Below, piece after piece: positions 1-8,409 of a DNA stretch of 27,191 nucleotides. This DNA is from Thermodesulfovibrionales bacterium (lineage in GTDB: Bacteria > Nitrospirota > Thermodesulfovibrionia > Thermodesulfovibrionales > UBA6898), in contig JBIOIY010000042.1 of assembly GCA_044450345.1 (NCBI GenBank), positions 1 through 27,191 of the forward strand, in the 5' to 3' direction. The stretch's first letter is position 1. Each line of letters starts with the position of its first letter. Below the pieces are notes generated by a model that saw only the letters and a program-made list of their open reading frames with translations, did not search any database and was not told the origin of the DNA. A program made the translations under genes and the position numbers.

Positions 1-308
1 CCGTCTATCAGGAGGGTGACCTTGTTGCCTGCCACAAGCGGCCTGCCGCTGACGTCTTCCAATGCCAGGGTCTGCTTCTCGATAATGTCGCTCACCCCTG
101 AAAAGCGCTTGATCTTCTTTATGATCTTCTTGCTGGTCTGTTCGGGCAGCGCACCTTTGGCGCCGACAATCTCCGGATGTCTCTCCCCTGCCGGTACATC
201 CTCCATTATCTCTGAAACGTTCGGCAGGGTCGCGCAGCCGCATACTATGCATGCAGCGATCAGCAAAACCGATAGAAATAGAAACTTTCCGAATCTTCTC
301 ATCTGCAT
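1..308 (-). CDS. Cardiolipin synthase / phospholipase D family protein, 5' part only (runs off the left edge)
   Basis: Not in the ORF track; translated by hand: MQMRRFGKFLFLSVLLIAACIVCGCATLPNVSEIM...SGRPLVAGNKVTLLIDG. It has a lipoprotein-like signal, and the 'PLxxGNxVTLLxDG' motif precedes the first PLD domain of cardiolipin synthases. The HKD motifs lie outside the window. Confidence 0.7.
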   Translation of the reverse strand, partial: MQMRRFGKFLFLSVLLIAACIVCGCATLPNVSEIMEDVPAGERHPEIVGAKGALPEQTSKKIIKKIKRFSGVSDIIEKQTLALEDVSGRPLVAGNKVTLLID

Positions 309-349
309 GTTATACGAATGCCCTCTCAGCGAAGTCAATAACCACAATA

Positions 350-544
350 TCACTTCGCATTCAAGTTAACATATTGCGCGTCATAAATGCCTTCTATATT
401 TTGTAAGCGGATAAGCACAGCGGCGCTTACCGGCTCATCCACGTTTAGGGTCAGAACAGGCTGGTAATCCACTTCGCAGATGTCCTGCAAGATTTTCACG
501 GCAATCCTGTCGATCTCATCGGTGACTAAAACTTTATAACCCAT
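350..544 (-). pseudogene. serA: Internally deleted D-3-phosphoglycerate dehydrogenase remnant (N-terminus fused in frame to the end of the C-terminal ACT domain)
   Basis: First ~31 aa (MGYKVLVTDEIDRIAVKILQDICEVDYQPVL) resemble SerA N-termini. Last ~33 aa (TLNVDEPVSAAVLIRLQNIEGIYDAQYVNL) resemble the end of the ACT domain of long-form SerA. No Rossmann motif; only 64 aa. Confidence 0.65.
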
Positions 545-546
545 GC

Positions 547-825
547 CTATTTATCCTTGCATCCGCATATCTCGACTTCTTTTTTTTCCATTGTCCCGTC
601 ATTCTTCCATCCTTGTATCAGTGCTATAGGACATCTACCCTTTGATACCTTCCCCGTGTACGTTATTACGTATACTCGTTGGTCATAATCCATCTTGACC
701 TCGACTTTTTTGCAGTTCTTTTCCATCTCCGAAATCAGGTTGGCTTCGATGTCGTGCTTCCGCAAGCTCGCGCAGGCAGTAAGGGCCACTACTATAAAAA
801 GAAGCGCGAGTAGAAATTTCAACAC
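547..825 (-). CDS. Small lipoprotein of unknown function
   Basis: Probable GTG start at 825 inside the 547..921 ORF. Signal peptide with lipobox LTAC, and four more Cys in the mature part. Confidence 0.65.
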   Translation of the reverse strand: MLKFLLALLFIVVALTACASLRKHDIEANLISEMEKNCKKVEVKMDYDQRVYVITYTGKVSKGRCPIALIQGWKNDGTMEKKEVEICGCKDK

Positions 826-954
826 ATGTCTCTCATTTGAACCACTCGCTCTGAAAGAAACGATGGGGATGAATAAGCCTGCTTGACCTTCTTGCCGTTT
901 CCTGTGATAAGGAAAAGGCAAAAAAAGCCAGACTTACCCCGCACCATCCTCCCC

Positions 955-1143
955 TTAGCGCGCCCTGTATCGAAAATAGAAGCTGGACCCGTACGGGTAA
1001 TCATAGTCGTAGTAGTAACGGGAATGCGGATGTTCATAGTAATATCCACGATTATAGTAACCATTGGGCCGGACTTCAGCGACGCAGCCGCAAATGGTGA
1101 GAAACAGGCTAATGCCGAAAATTATGGTAAGTAATCTCCTCAT
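955..1143 (-). CDS. Small Tyr-rich lipoprotein
   Basis: GGAGGA RBS upstream, signal peptide with lipobox ICGC, mature part rich in Tyr/Arg/Gly (GYYNRGYYYEHPHSRYYYDYDYPY). Confidence 0.7.
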   Translation of the reverse strand: MRRLLTIIFGISLFLTICGCVAEVRPNGYYNRGYYYEHPHSRYYYDYDYPYGSSFYFRYRAR

Positions 1144-1159
1144 GTTATCCTCCGCTCGG

Positions 1160-1828
1160 CTATTTGCCGCCTTCTTTCATTTTCATCCCTTTTTCGGTCA
1201 TCATCTTGCCCTCTTTCTTCATGAGCTCCCCTCTCTCCATCATCATTCCACCGTCCTTCATCATCATCTCTTTATCCATCATTATCGTCTCTCTTTCCGT
1301 CATCGTCTCTCCCTCTTTCATCGCCTTTGCTTTATCCATCAGCAGCTCACCCCGCTTCATCATCAGCTTCCCCCTGTCCACCATTAACGCGCCTTCTTTC
1401 ATCATCATGTCGCGATCCATGACGCCCCCCTCCGTCATCATATTCCCTTTCTCCGTTGACAACGCGTCTTCTTTCATCATCTTCCCTCTGTCAGACAACA
1501 ATTGTCCCCTGTTCATCAACAGTTTCCCCTTTTCCATCAACACATCCCCCTCTATCATCTGTATATCCTTGTCCGTCATTCGGCCCTCTTTCATCGCCTT
1601 CCCTTTTTTGATCAACATCTCTCCTTCTTTAATCTGGACCCTGGTTTCTTCCGTCCTCAGTTCGCCATCTTTCATCAACATTTGGCCTTTCTCGACCATC
1701 ATCTCCCCTTCTTGTGCCATCTTGTCCTTGTCTGTCATTACTTCAGTCCCTACACTGAATTTAACCCCTGCAGACAACATCATAACCGTAAAGATAACCG
1801 CAGTTAATGCCATGGTCACTTTTTTCAT
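1160..1828 (-). CDS. Secreted methionine-rich heptad-repeat protein
   Basis: AAGGAGG RBS, N-terminal signal peptide, ~43 Met in 222 aa, recurring G-x-x-M-x-[EDK]-[KR] heptads. Confidence 0.85.
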   Translation of the reverse strand: MKKVTMALTAVIFTVMMLSAGVKFSVGTEVMTDKDKMAQEGEMMVEKGQMLMKDGELRTEETRVQIKEGEMLIKKGKAMKEGRMTDKDIQMIEGDVLMEKGKLLMNRGQLLSDRGKMMKEDALSTEKGNMMTEGGVMDRDMMMKEGALMVDRGKLMMKRGELLMDKAKAMKEGETMTERETIMMDKEMMMKDGGMMMERGELMKKEGKMMTEKGMKMKEGGK

Positions 1829-1944
1829 CTTAGTTCCTCCTTCGAGAAGATTTTATGCGCTTCTTGCCATTCCATGCTTGTAAAAAAATGAGTGAAAGTT
1901 CTTAGAACCTTCCAGAATATTTATATAATCTCTTTGAGACGCAC

Positions 1945-2271
1945 TTACTTAAAGGTCTTCAAAATATACTTCGCGATCTCTTTCGCATCCTTGTCAGGAA
2001 TGGTCTTTATATCAAATGTTGTCATGCCGGGGCCTGGGTTCCTCATCTTGCCCATTATGTCCGACGCTTTCTTCACGCCATTTGCCTCCCGGTCCTTCTT
2101 GTGAAGGGTCTTCTGAGGGTTGACGTTATTGCCGCCCTCGGGATGACATGGAGAGCAATGCTGTTTAAAGAGCGCCTCACCCGTTTTCCCGGTTCCCTTT
2201 GCGGTACCGGCCGCTGCAAATGCAAAAGCTACAATTGCAAGAATGGAGAGCACTATATAAGCTTTCCTCAT
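1945..2271 (-). CDS. Periplasmic class I monoheme cytochrome c (c6-like)
   Basis: Signal peptide, 'GEALFKQHCSPCHPEGGN' with CxxCH, distal Met in 'PGPGMTTF', GGAG RBS. Confidence 0.93.
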   Translation of the reverse strand: MRKAYIVLSILAIVAFAFAAAGTAKGTGKTGEALFKQHCSPCHPEGGNNVNPQKTLHKKDREANGVKKASDIMGKMRNPGPGMTTFDIKTIPDKDAKEIAKYILKTFK

Positions 2272-2371
2272 CTTTACTCCTTTTCGATTTAATTGTTCTT
2301 AAATATAACCTTAATAATCGGCAGAACCCGAAAATCTCTTTCCGTTGTCTCTGATCAGGCCTTTTTCAAGA

Positions 2372-2521
2372 TTATAAAGGACTTCGTCCCTGAATGATTC
2401 TAATCAAAACCACAACGATTGCGATGATCAGCAGGATATGGATGAATCCGCCAATCGTATACCCGCTGACTAATCCCAGAAGCCACATGATCATAAGAAT
2501 CACAAAGATCGTCCACAGCAT
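2372..2521 (-). CDS. lmo0937-family small membrane protein (49 aa)
   Basis: Below the ORF-track cutoff; hand translation MLWTIFVILMIMWLLGLVSGYTIGGFIHILLIIAIVVVLIRIIQGRSPL with the hallmark GGFIHILL; AAGGAG RBS. Confidence 0.9.
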   Translation of the reverse strand: MLWTIFVILMIMWLLGLVSGYTIGGFIHILLIIAIVVVLIRIIQGRSPL

Positions 2522-2601
2522 ATTATTCTCCTTTCTGGATTAGCGGCGGCACAATTGTCCATTGGCCGCACATAGAGCAGATATGAACAAGGCGTTTGCT
2601 C

Positions 2602-3054
2602 TCATTCCGACTTGAACTTGTCACGCACTTTATTGTATGACTCTTCGAGTTCGTCTCCTGCGGCCTGTATCTTCTGCTTTGCCTCTTCCCATTTTGTCTT
2701 GCTCCTTGCTTTTAGTTTCTTCATATTTTTCTTTAACGTTGCGCGCTTCTCTTTGAGTTCCTGCAGTCCCTCTTTAGTCTCCGCCTTCACTTTCGAGCCG
2801 GCCTTCTTTGCCTCTGCCTCCAGTTCATCAATTTTTCTACCCAGTTCATGGAGTCTCGCTTTAGCCTTTGCGTCAAATTCTTTCTTTTCTTCGGAGAATT
2901 TTTCCTTCGTCGAAGATGTTTCACCCGATTTTTTCTCCACTTTCGGTTTTCCCTCGTCCTCTTGCCCCTGGACGTTCTTTACGAGACCGGGCAAGAACAA
3001 CATCGCGACAAAAGACATGCAGATAAGAACAGACAACCCCTTGCTTTTCTTCAT
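2602..3054 (-). CDS. Secreted Lys/Glu-rich coiled-coil protein (stress-protein-like); paralog of 22148..22552
   Basis: AGGAGGAG RBS, signal peptide, highly charged helical body ending in 'WEEAKQKIQAAGDELEESYNKVRDKF'. Confidence 0.85.
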   Translation of the reverse strand: MKKSKGLSVLICMSFVAMLFLPGLVKNVQGQEDEGKPKVEKKSGETSSTKEKFSEEKKEFDAKAKARLHELGRKIDELEAEAKKAGSKVKAETKEGLQELKEKRATLKKNMKKLKARSKTKWEEAKQKIQAAGDELEESYNKVRDKFKSE

Positions 3055-3145
3055 GTGCTCCTCCTTTACATCTGATTTTATTAAGATTAACCCATTGTCG
3101 CACAGAATATGACCGATGCAACGCTCCCTGAACCTGCCTATACCA

Positions 3146-3173
3146 ATAATACCTCCATATGAGGCAGTGTCAA
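3146..3173 (-). promoter_or_regulatory. Sigma70-type promoter for the leftward gene cluster
   Basis: TTGACA-16 nt-TATTAT on the minus strand, upstream of the CDS starting at 3054. Confidence 0.5.
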
Positions 3174-3188
3174 GAATCTTCGCACGTT

Positions 3189-3209
3189 GGTAGTGCCCAG
3201 GACACTACC
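3189..3209. promoter_or_regulatory. 21-bp palindrome, candidate operator in the divergent intergenic region
   Basis: GGTAGTG-CCCAGGA-CACTACC, with perfect 7-bp arms. Confidence 0.35.
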
Positions 3210-3336
3210 CGTACATTTCTGCAGCCTCATCTTGCCATATATAGTTTGAAACAACTTGAATTAGAGCCGCAGTCGAGATACATTGTTATCAGGCGCGGGA
3301 ATATATGAAGAGTCTTTACCCTTATGTCGGCAGATT

Positions 3337-4851
3337 ATGATTCTTGAAATGCATTGCCATACGGCCGAGCACTCCGGCTGTAGCGCGGTGAGCGCCGCCG
3401 AGGTTGTGCAGCATAATTTTGACGTAGGCCTGCAGGGCACCGTGCTCACAGATCATCATTACTTATGGCCTCCCGGGGAGATTGCCGAATTAAGACGCAG
3501 GATTAAGGTGCCGGATTATTACCTGGTCCTTTCAGCACAGGAAGTTGCCACCCCGGAATTGGGTGATGTCCTCGTTTGCGGTGCAGATGTTTCAATCGGA
3601 AAAGGCACGTCCCTGGAGACAATAAGAAATCATTTTCCGGAGGCCGCAATTATATGGGCGCATCCCTACCGGCATAACAATATCCCGCCCCGCGACAAGT
3701 TATTTCATCCCCTTATCGACGGTATCGAAATTTTCAGCTCGAATCATACAGTAGCCGAAAGCAGCCGGGGGCTGCGTGACTGGCATGACCTTAAGTTTAC
3801 CGCGATTGCCGGAACCGATACCCATGCGCTGAGTTATGCCGGGCTCTATCCCACTATTTTCGATCATCCCATATTGACGATAGCAGAATTGGCCTGTGAA
3901 ATCAGGGCAGGTCGCTGCCGCCCTTTTTTAAAAGAAATTCCCCGGGCGGGATCGAGCAGCACCCAGGTAACGGAAATCGCTATCGGCACCGGCAGAGGCG
4001 GAGACATCCGCGAAAGATACGTGATTAAGAAACACAAGGATCTGGCTGCCTGGCGTTCCGCCGCCCGAAGGTCAGAAGTAATGGATGAGATCCGCGGCCA
4101 CGGATTTGAGGAAGGGAGATTTCGTGTCCCGAAGCCGCTCGGGAAGGATCAGGAAAGTCTCACAATGATGGAGCAAGGAATCAAAGGAAAAACGCTTTTT
4201 GACAAAATAGTTGAGGCAAAGCCGAGGGAAGCGAGAAAATATATCGAGATGGCGGCGGAGTGGCTGGCCCGCCTACATAACTTAAGGCTGCAGATTGTTC
4301 CGCCCGAAGAATTTTTTTCGGATGAAAGACGCCGTCTCGAACTTTATCTGTCGGCCTTTTACAGGACCGCTCATCGTCATACCCGAAAGGCGCAGGAGAT
4401 CATGGACGGGATCATCGAGTTCGAAACGTCCTTATACTGCAAACATCCGGAGAAGCTGATACAGGGACATGGAGATTTCCATCCTAAAAATATTTTTATC
4501 GGACAGGATTCCGATGATCCCTCGTCCCGATTTGTTGCCGCTATTGATTTCGGCAGCTCCTATACTATGCCTCCCGCCTTTGATGTGGGCACATTCCTTG
4601 CGCAGTTCCGAAACCAGTTCTACGGCATGCAGGAGGTCCATAACAAAGTCAGTGAAACCGTCTTTCTTCAGAAATACCTGAATGAGGCTAAGCAGTTGGA
4701 CGACGATTTTCTTCGTCAGGCAGAAGTCTTCAGGGCGCGTACGAGCCTCAGCATCGCCTATTATCTTATAAAACTTAAACTGGGCGAGAGCGAAAACCTC
4801 TGGCGGGTGCTGGTGGAAGCGGAGCATCATCTGGCCCGCGTCTCGATGTGA
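3337..4851 (+). CDS. PHP phosphoesterase domain fused to an APH/choline-kinase-like phosphotransferase domain
   Basis: PHP motifs: MHCHT, TDHH, AHPYR, GIEIFS, GTDTH. Kinase motifs: VIKK, LARLH, HGDFHPKNIF, AIDFG. ATG at 3337 preferred over TTG at 3283. Confidence 0.85.
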   Translation: MILEMHCHTAEHSGCSAVSAAEVVQHNFDVGLQGTVLTDHHYLWPPGEIAELRRRIKVPDYYLVLSAQEVATPELGDVLVCGADVSIGKGTSLETIRNHFPEAAIIWAHPYRHNNIPPRDKLFHPLIDGIEIFSSNHTVAESSRGLRDWHDLKFTAIAGTDTHALSYAGLYPTIFDHPILTIAELACEIRAGRCRPFLKEIPRAGSSSTQVTEIAIGTGRGGDIRERYVIKKHKDLAAWRSAARRSEVMDEIRGHGFEEGRFRVPKPLGKDQESLTMMEQGIKGKTLFDKIVEAKPREARKYIEMAAEWLARLHNLRLQIVPPEEFFSDERRRLELYLSAFYRTAHRHTRKAQEIMDGIIEFETSLYCKHPEKLIQGHGDFHPKNIFIGQDSDDPSSRFVAAIDFGSSYTMPPAFDVGTFLAQFRNQFYGMQEVHNKVSETVFLQKYLNEAKQLDDDFLRQAEVFRARTSLSIAYYLIKLKLGESENLWRVLVEAEHHLARVSM

Positions 4852-6665
4852 GAATAGGGTCTTTTGAATTGAAGGGCTTTTACAGAGTATATCGGGTTCT
4901 TTTCCCCCAGCTTAAAATATATTGGAAACTTTTTTCCATGGCATACGCTGCGCTTATCGCCGCCACGCTCATGAATCTGCTCAAGCCCTGGCCTCTGAAG
5001 CTCATATTCGATTATATCCTTCTGGACAAGCCAATGCCGGAGCAAATCATGTTCCTGAGATCCCTTGCAGGCCATGAGAAACCAGCGCTGCTGGCTCTCT
5101 TATGCGCAGGCATAGTGGTGATATTTTTTTTTGAGAGTCTCTTCACCTTCATTCGCAAGTACTTCATGGCGAGCGCAGGAGAAAGAGCGGTAAACGACAT
5201 CAGGCAACAGGTCTTCGGACACCTTCAAATGATTGAAAGCGGAACGGGGAGGTCCGCGGATTTTATCGTGCGGCTGACCTCGGACATCGATTCTCTGAAA
5301 TTACTGATCACCCAGCATATCCAGACCCTGGTGAACTATTTTTTAACCTTTATAGGCATAGGCTTTACCATGTTCTTTCTTGATTGGCGGTTGACTGCGG
5401 CAGCCCTTGCCGTGGCCCCGCCATTGTATCTTATATCGCTGTACTTTTCCGGCAAGGTTTCCCGGCTCACCCGAAGAAAAAGGGAGAAAGAGAGCGAAGT
5501 GGCGTCACTTGTCCAGGAGACTGTCACTTCTAAAGAGGTTGTGCAGGCCTTCGCCCGAGAAGAACAGGAGAAGAAACGTTTTGCAGAGGAAACCGGGGAG
5601 AGCCTGGATGCAACCCTTGAAGCAACAAGGGTCAGCAAAGGTCTTGGAAGGATGGTCGACGTGTTTACTGCTATAGGCACTGCAATGGTCGTATATGTCG
5701 GCGCCCGAAGGGCCCTTGCCGGCTACATAACCCCCGGAGCTCTAATAGTGTTCGTTTCATATCTCAGGGACCTCTACAGACCGGTGGGAGGGTTTTCCGA
5801 GTTGATGATAGACTTCAGCGGTTCACTCGTGTGCGGAGAGAGGGTTGCAGACTTACTGGAAACAAGAGTCCGCGTTGCAGATGCACCGGATGCTATTGAT
5901 GCGCCTCCTTTCGAAGGCGAGGTAGCTTTTGAGAATGTAACTTTCGGATACGTGCCGGGTGAGCAAGTGTTACAGGACCTCTCTTTTAGGGCAAGGGCCG
6001 GAGAGAGGGTGGCCTTAATCGGTTCAAGCGGCACAGGGAAATCCACGGTCGTGAACCTGCTTCTAAGGTTTTATGACCCCTGGAGAGGCCAGATTTTCAT
6101 AGACGGAGCGGACATCCGTCGATATACGCTAAAGTCCCTTCGCCAACAGATAAGCGTTGTGCTTCAGGAAACCCTGCTTTTTCGCCGGACGATCCGCGAA
6201 AATATTGCGTACGGCAAACCGGAAGCCAGTCTCGAAGAGATAACGGCTGCCGCGAAAGCCGCGCAGGCCCATGATTTCATCATGAGGATTCCCGGCGGTT
6301 ATGAGACGCTTCTTCAAGAGGGCGGTGCCAATCTTTCAGGGGGACAGAGGCAACGAATAACACTGGCCCGGGCGATTTTGAAGAATGCACCGATTCTCGT
6401 ATTCGATGAGCCGGTCACCGGGTTGGACGCGGTGACGGAGGCAGAACTGAATAAGACCTTGGAGCGTCTCATGAAAGGGAAAACCAGCTTCATCATCGCC
6501 CATCGCTTTTCCACTGTTATGAAGGCGGAACTCATCCTGATGATCGAGGAAGGAAGGATCGTGGAGAGGGGTACGCATGAGGAACTGTTGGCCAGGAGTG
6601 ACCGGTATCGGCAACTTTATGATCTTCAGAGACTTGGGCCATCCGGGCAGGAAGACGCACGATGA
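4848..6665 (+). CDS. ABC exporter, fused permease and ATP-binding subunit (MsbA/ABCB type)
   Basis: N-terminal TM helices, Walker A GSSGTGKS, signature LSGGQ, Walker B ILVFDE, H-loop IAHR. GTGA overlap with the upstream stop. Confidence 0.95.
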   Translation: MRIGSFELKGFYRVYRVLFPQLKIYWKLFSMAYAALIAATLMNLLKPWPLKLIFDYILLDKPMPEQIMFLRSLAGHEKPALLALLCAGIVVIFFFESLFTFIRKYFMASAGERAVNDIRQQVFGHLQMIESGTGRSADFIVRLTSDIDSLKLLITQHIQTLVNYFLTFIGIGFTMFFLDWRLTAAALAVAPPLYLISLYFSGKVSRLTRRKREKESEVASLVQETVTSKEVVQAFAREEQEKKRFAEETGESLDATLEATRVSKGLGRMVDVFTAIGTAMVVYVGARRALAGYITPGALIVFVSYLRDLYRPVGGFSELMIDFSGSLVCGERVADLLETRVRVADAPDAIDAPPFEGEVAFENVTFGYVPGEQVLQDLSFRARAGERVALIGSSGTGKSTVVNLLLRFYDPWRGQIFIDGADIRRYTLKSLRQQISVVLQETLLFRRTIRENIAYGKPEASLEEITAAAKAAQAHDFIMRIPGGYETLLQEGGANLSGGQRQRITLARAILKNAPILVFDEPVTGLDAVTEAELNKTLERLMKGKTSFIIAHRFSTVMKAELILMIEEGRIVERGTHEELLARSDRYRQLYDLQRLGPSGQEDAR

Positions 6666-6821
6666 GAGAGCATGGAGAGCCGGCTTCTTATCTGAAAAGG
6701 TTGAGACTTTACCATTCTCGCGCTGTATATTCAAGGTTCGTAACCGCAAGCCGACCCTTTCAGACAGTATCCGTCAGGTCAAGTAAAGGCAACTACATCC
6801 TATAAGAAGAAGGAAGGATCG

Positions 6822-6890
6822 GGGGTCTGCCCTGACGTTCGATAAACTGAAAATGACGACGTAATTTGTCATGGGTCAATGGCTGACCCC
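6822..6890. repeat. Short element bounded by imperfect inverted repeats (REP/MITE-like)
   Basis: GGGGTCTGCCCTGAC (6822-6836) versus the reverse complement of 6875-6890, GGGGTCAGCCATTGAC; intergenic. Confidence 0.35.
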
Positions 6891-7001
6891 AGGGCATAGC
6901 GACACGGACACGCCGCATGTACAATATGAGGAGAGATAGGAAGGGCCGCAGGTGCAACTCCCTTTCCTGCGGTCGCTTAGACCAATAAAAAAGGAGGACG
7001 T

Positions 7002-8174
7002 ATGAAAGCGTTTTGGAGAAGTATCGGCATTGTGCTTGTCCTTTTTTTGTGCAGCGCAACGGTCTTCGCTGGTATAAAAAAAGGGCCGTATCTGGTATAC
7101 GAGGGTTCGAACACGTCGATGGCAGTGCTCTGGCAGACCGACGCCACAGAGTCAAACATCATCCATTGGGGGACAGACACCACCTACAGCTTAGGGCAGG
7201 CCCCCAGTACTGAGTATGGTGACCACCAGCACAAGGTTGTCATCCCCGGGTTGCACCCGAATACCAAGTATTACTACAAGGTGGATGGGTACGGGTTAGG
7301 ATCGTTTCACACCGCGCCTGATTCCAGCGCAAAGTCGGTGAAGATCCTCTCATACGGGGACACAAGGAGCAGGCCGGAGAGCCAAGAGTTGGTCGTTGCC
7401 AGGATGCGAGTGGCTTATGCCTCTGACCCTGCCTTCCAGAGCATTGTCCTGCATAGCGGGGACTGGGTGTCGGGCGATGGCGAAAGTTACTGGACATCAC
7501 AGTTCTTCGTCAACACAAACCCGCAGATGCATGCATTCCAATCCGAAGTCCCTATAGAGGGCGTCAGGGGAAACCACGAGGGGGCCGGCACATACTTCAA
7601 AAAATACTTCCCTTATCCATATGTGAACAGCTTCTACTGGTCTTTCGACTACGGTCCCGTGCACATTGTGGTCCTTGACCAGTACGTGAGCTACAGTCCG
7701 GGTTCGGCGCAGTACAATTGGCTCATCAATGACCTCGCCTCGACCACCAAGCCGTGGAAGATCCTTATGTTCCATGAGCCGGCGTGGGGTGCCGGCGGCC
7801 ACGAGAACAACACCGCTACGCAGAAATACCTCCAGCCCCTCTGCAAGAAGTACCAGATCGACTTGGTCCTCAACGGACACAACCACTATTATGCCCGCGC
7901 GCTGGTCGACGGGATACCACACATCACCAACGGCGGCGGCGGCGCTCCTCTGTACACTCCCGATGCGACATACCCCAATATCGTCATCACTGACGAGTCG
8001 CTCAGTTACTGTGAGATCAACATCCAAGACACCACTCTTGCCTTGACCGCCAGGAGGGCCGACGGCTCGGTGATCGAGACGTTTTCGCTCAACCACCCGG
8101 TGGCCCATGCCGGAGAAAACCTTAATACAAGTTTCGTTGTTTCCTCACAGACTGTCTTGGTGACCCACTTCTGA
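7002..8174 (+). CDS. Secreted calcineurin-like metallophosphoesterase (purple-acid-phosphatase type with N-terminal FN3-like domain)
   Basis: AAGGAGG RBS, signal peptide, 'HKVVIPGLHPNTKYYYKV', motifs GDT, GDWV, GNHE, FHEP, GHNHYYAR. Confidence 0.92.
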   Translation: MKAFWRSIGIVLVLFLCSATVFAGIKKGPYLVYEGSNTSMAVLWQTDATESNIIHWGTDTTYSLGQAPSTEYGDHQHKVVIPGLHPNTKYYYKVDGYGLGSFHTAPDSSAKSVKILSYGDTRSRPESQELVVARMRVAYASDPAFQSIVLHSGDWVSGDGESYWTSQFFVNTNPQMHAFQSEVPIEGVRGNHEGAGTYFKKYFPYPYVNSFYWSFDYGPVHIVVLDQYVSYSPGSAQYNWLINDLASTTKPWKILMFHEPAWGAGGHENNTATQKYLQPLCKKYQIDLVLNGHNHYYARALVDGIPHITNGGGGAPLYTPDATYPNIVITDESLSYCEINIQDTTLALTARRADGSVIETFSLNHPVAHAGENLNTSFVVSSQTVLVTHF

Positions 8175-8208
8175 CCCTTGGGTGGACAGTTTTGGGGCTG
8201 GTTTAAAG

Positions 8209-8382
8209 GTCATTGTTATCGTGGCATACAAAATAATCCATAATGGCTGGACTGTGGAGGAGGCCTATCAAGAGGCCGTCGACAAAGGGCATAATAGATA
8301 GTTCCATGATCTTATCCTCGGCTGGAAAGAATCGCTATGGTTTATAGCCAGCGGGAAAACAACTGTGCAAGCCATTGCCTGA
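8209..8382 (+). pseudogene. C-terminal remnant of a probable dual-specificity/tyrosine phosphatase-like gene
   Basis: Hand translation VIVIVAYKIIHNGWTVEEAYQEAVDKGHNR*FHDLILGWKESLWFIASGKTTVQAIA*. It resembles the 'AAYRxxxxGWxxEEAxxE' segment that follows the HCxxGxDR loop. No start codon; internal TAG at 8299-8301. Confidence 0.45.
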
Positions 8383-8409
8383 TCCCGGGTAGTAAGGGCC
8401 TATCTTCCC

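Noticed and set aside
16..369. 117-aa plus-strand ORF
   Set aside because: Antisense to the partial cardiolipin synthase gene, which has a signal peptide and a family motif.
1064..1883. His-rich and Ile/Ser/Pro-rich plus-strand ORFs (1064..1387, 1164..1883, 1502..1807)
   Set aside because: Antisense shadows of the ATG-rich Met-repeat gene (CAT/ATC codons).
6900..7000. c-di-GMP or other known riboswitch before the phosphoesterase
   Set aside because: Only a single hairpin; no conserved motif of a class I can recognise.
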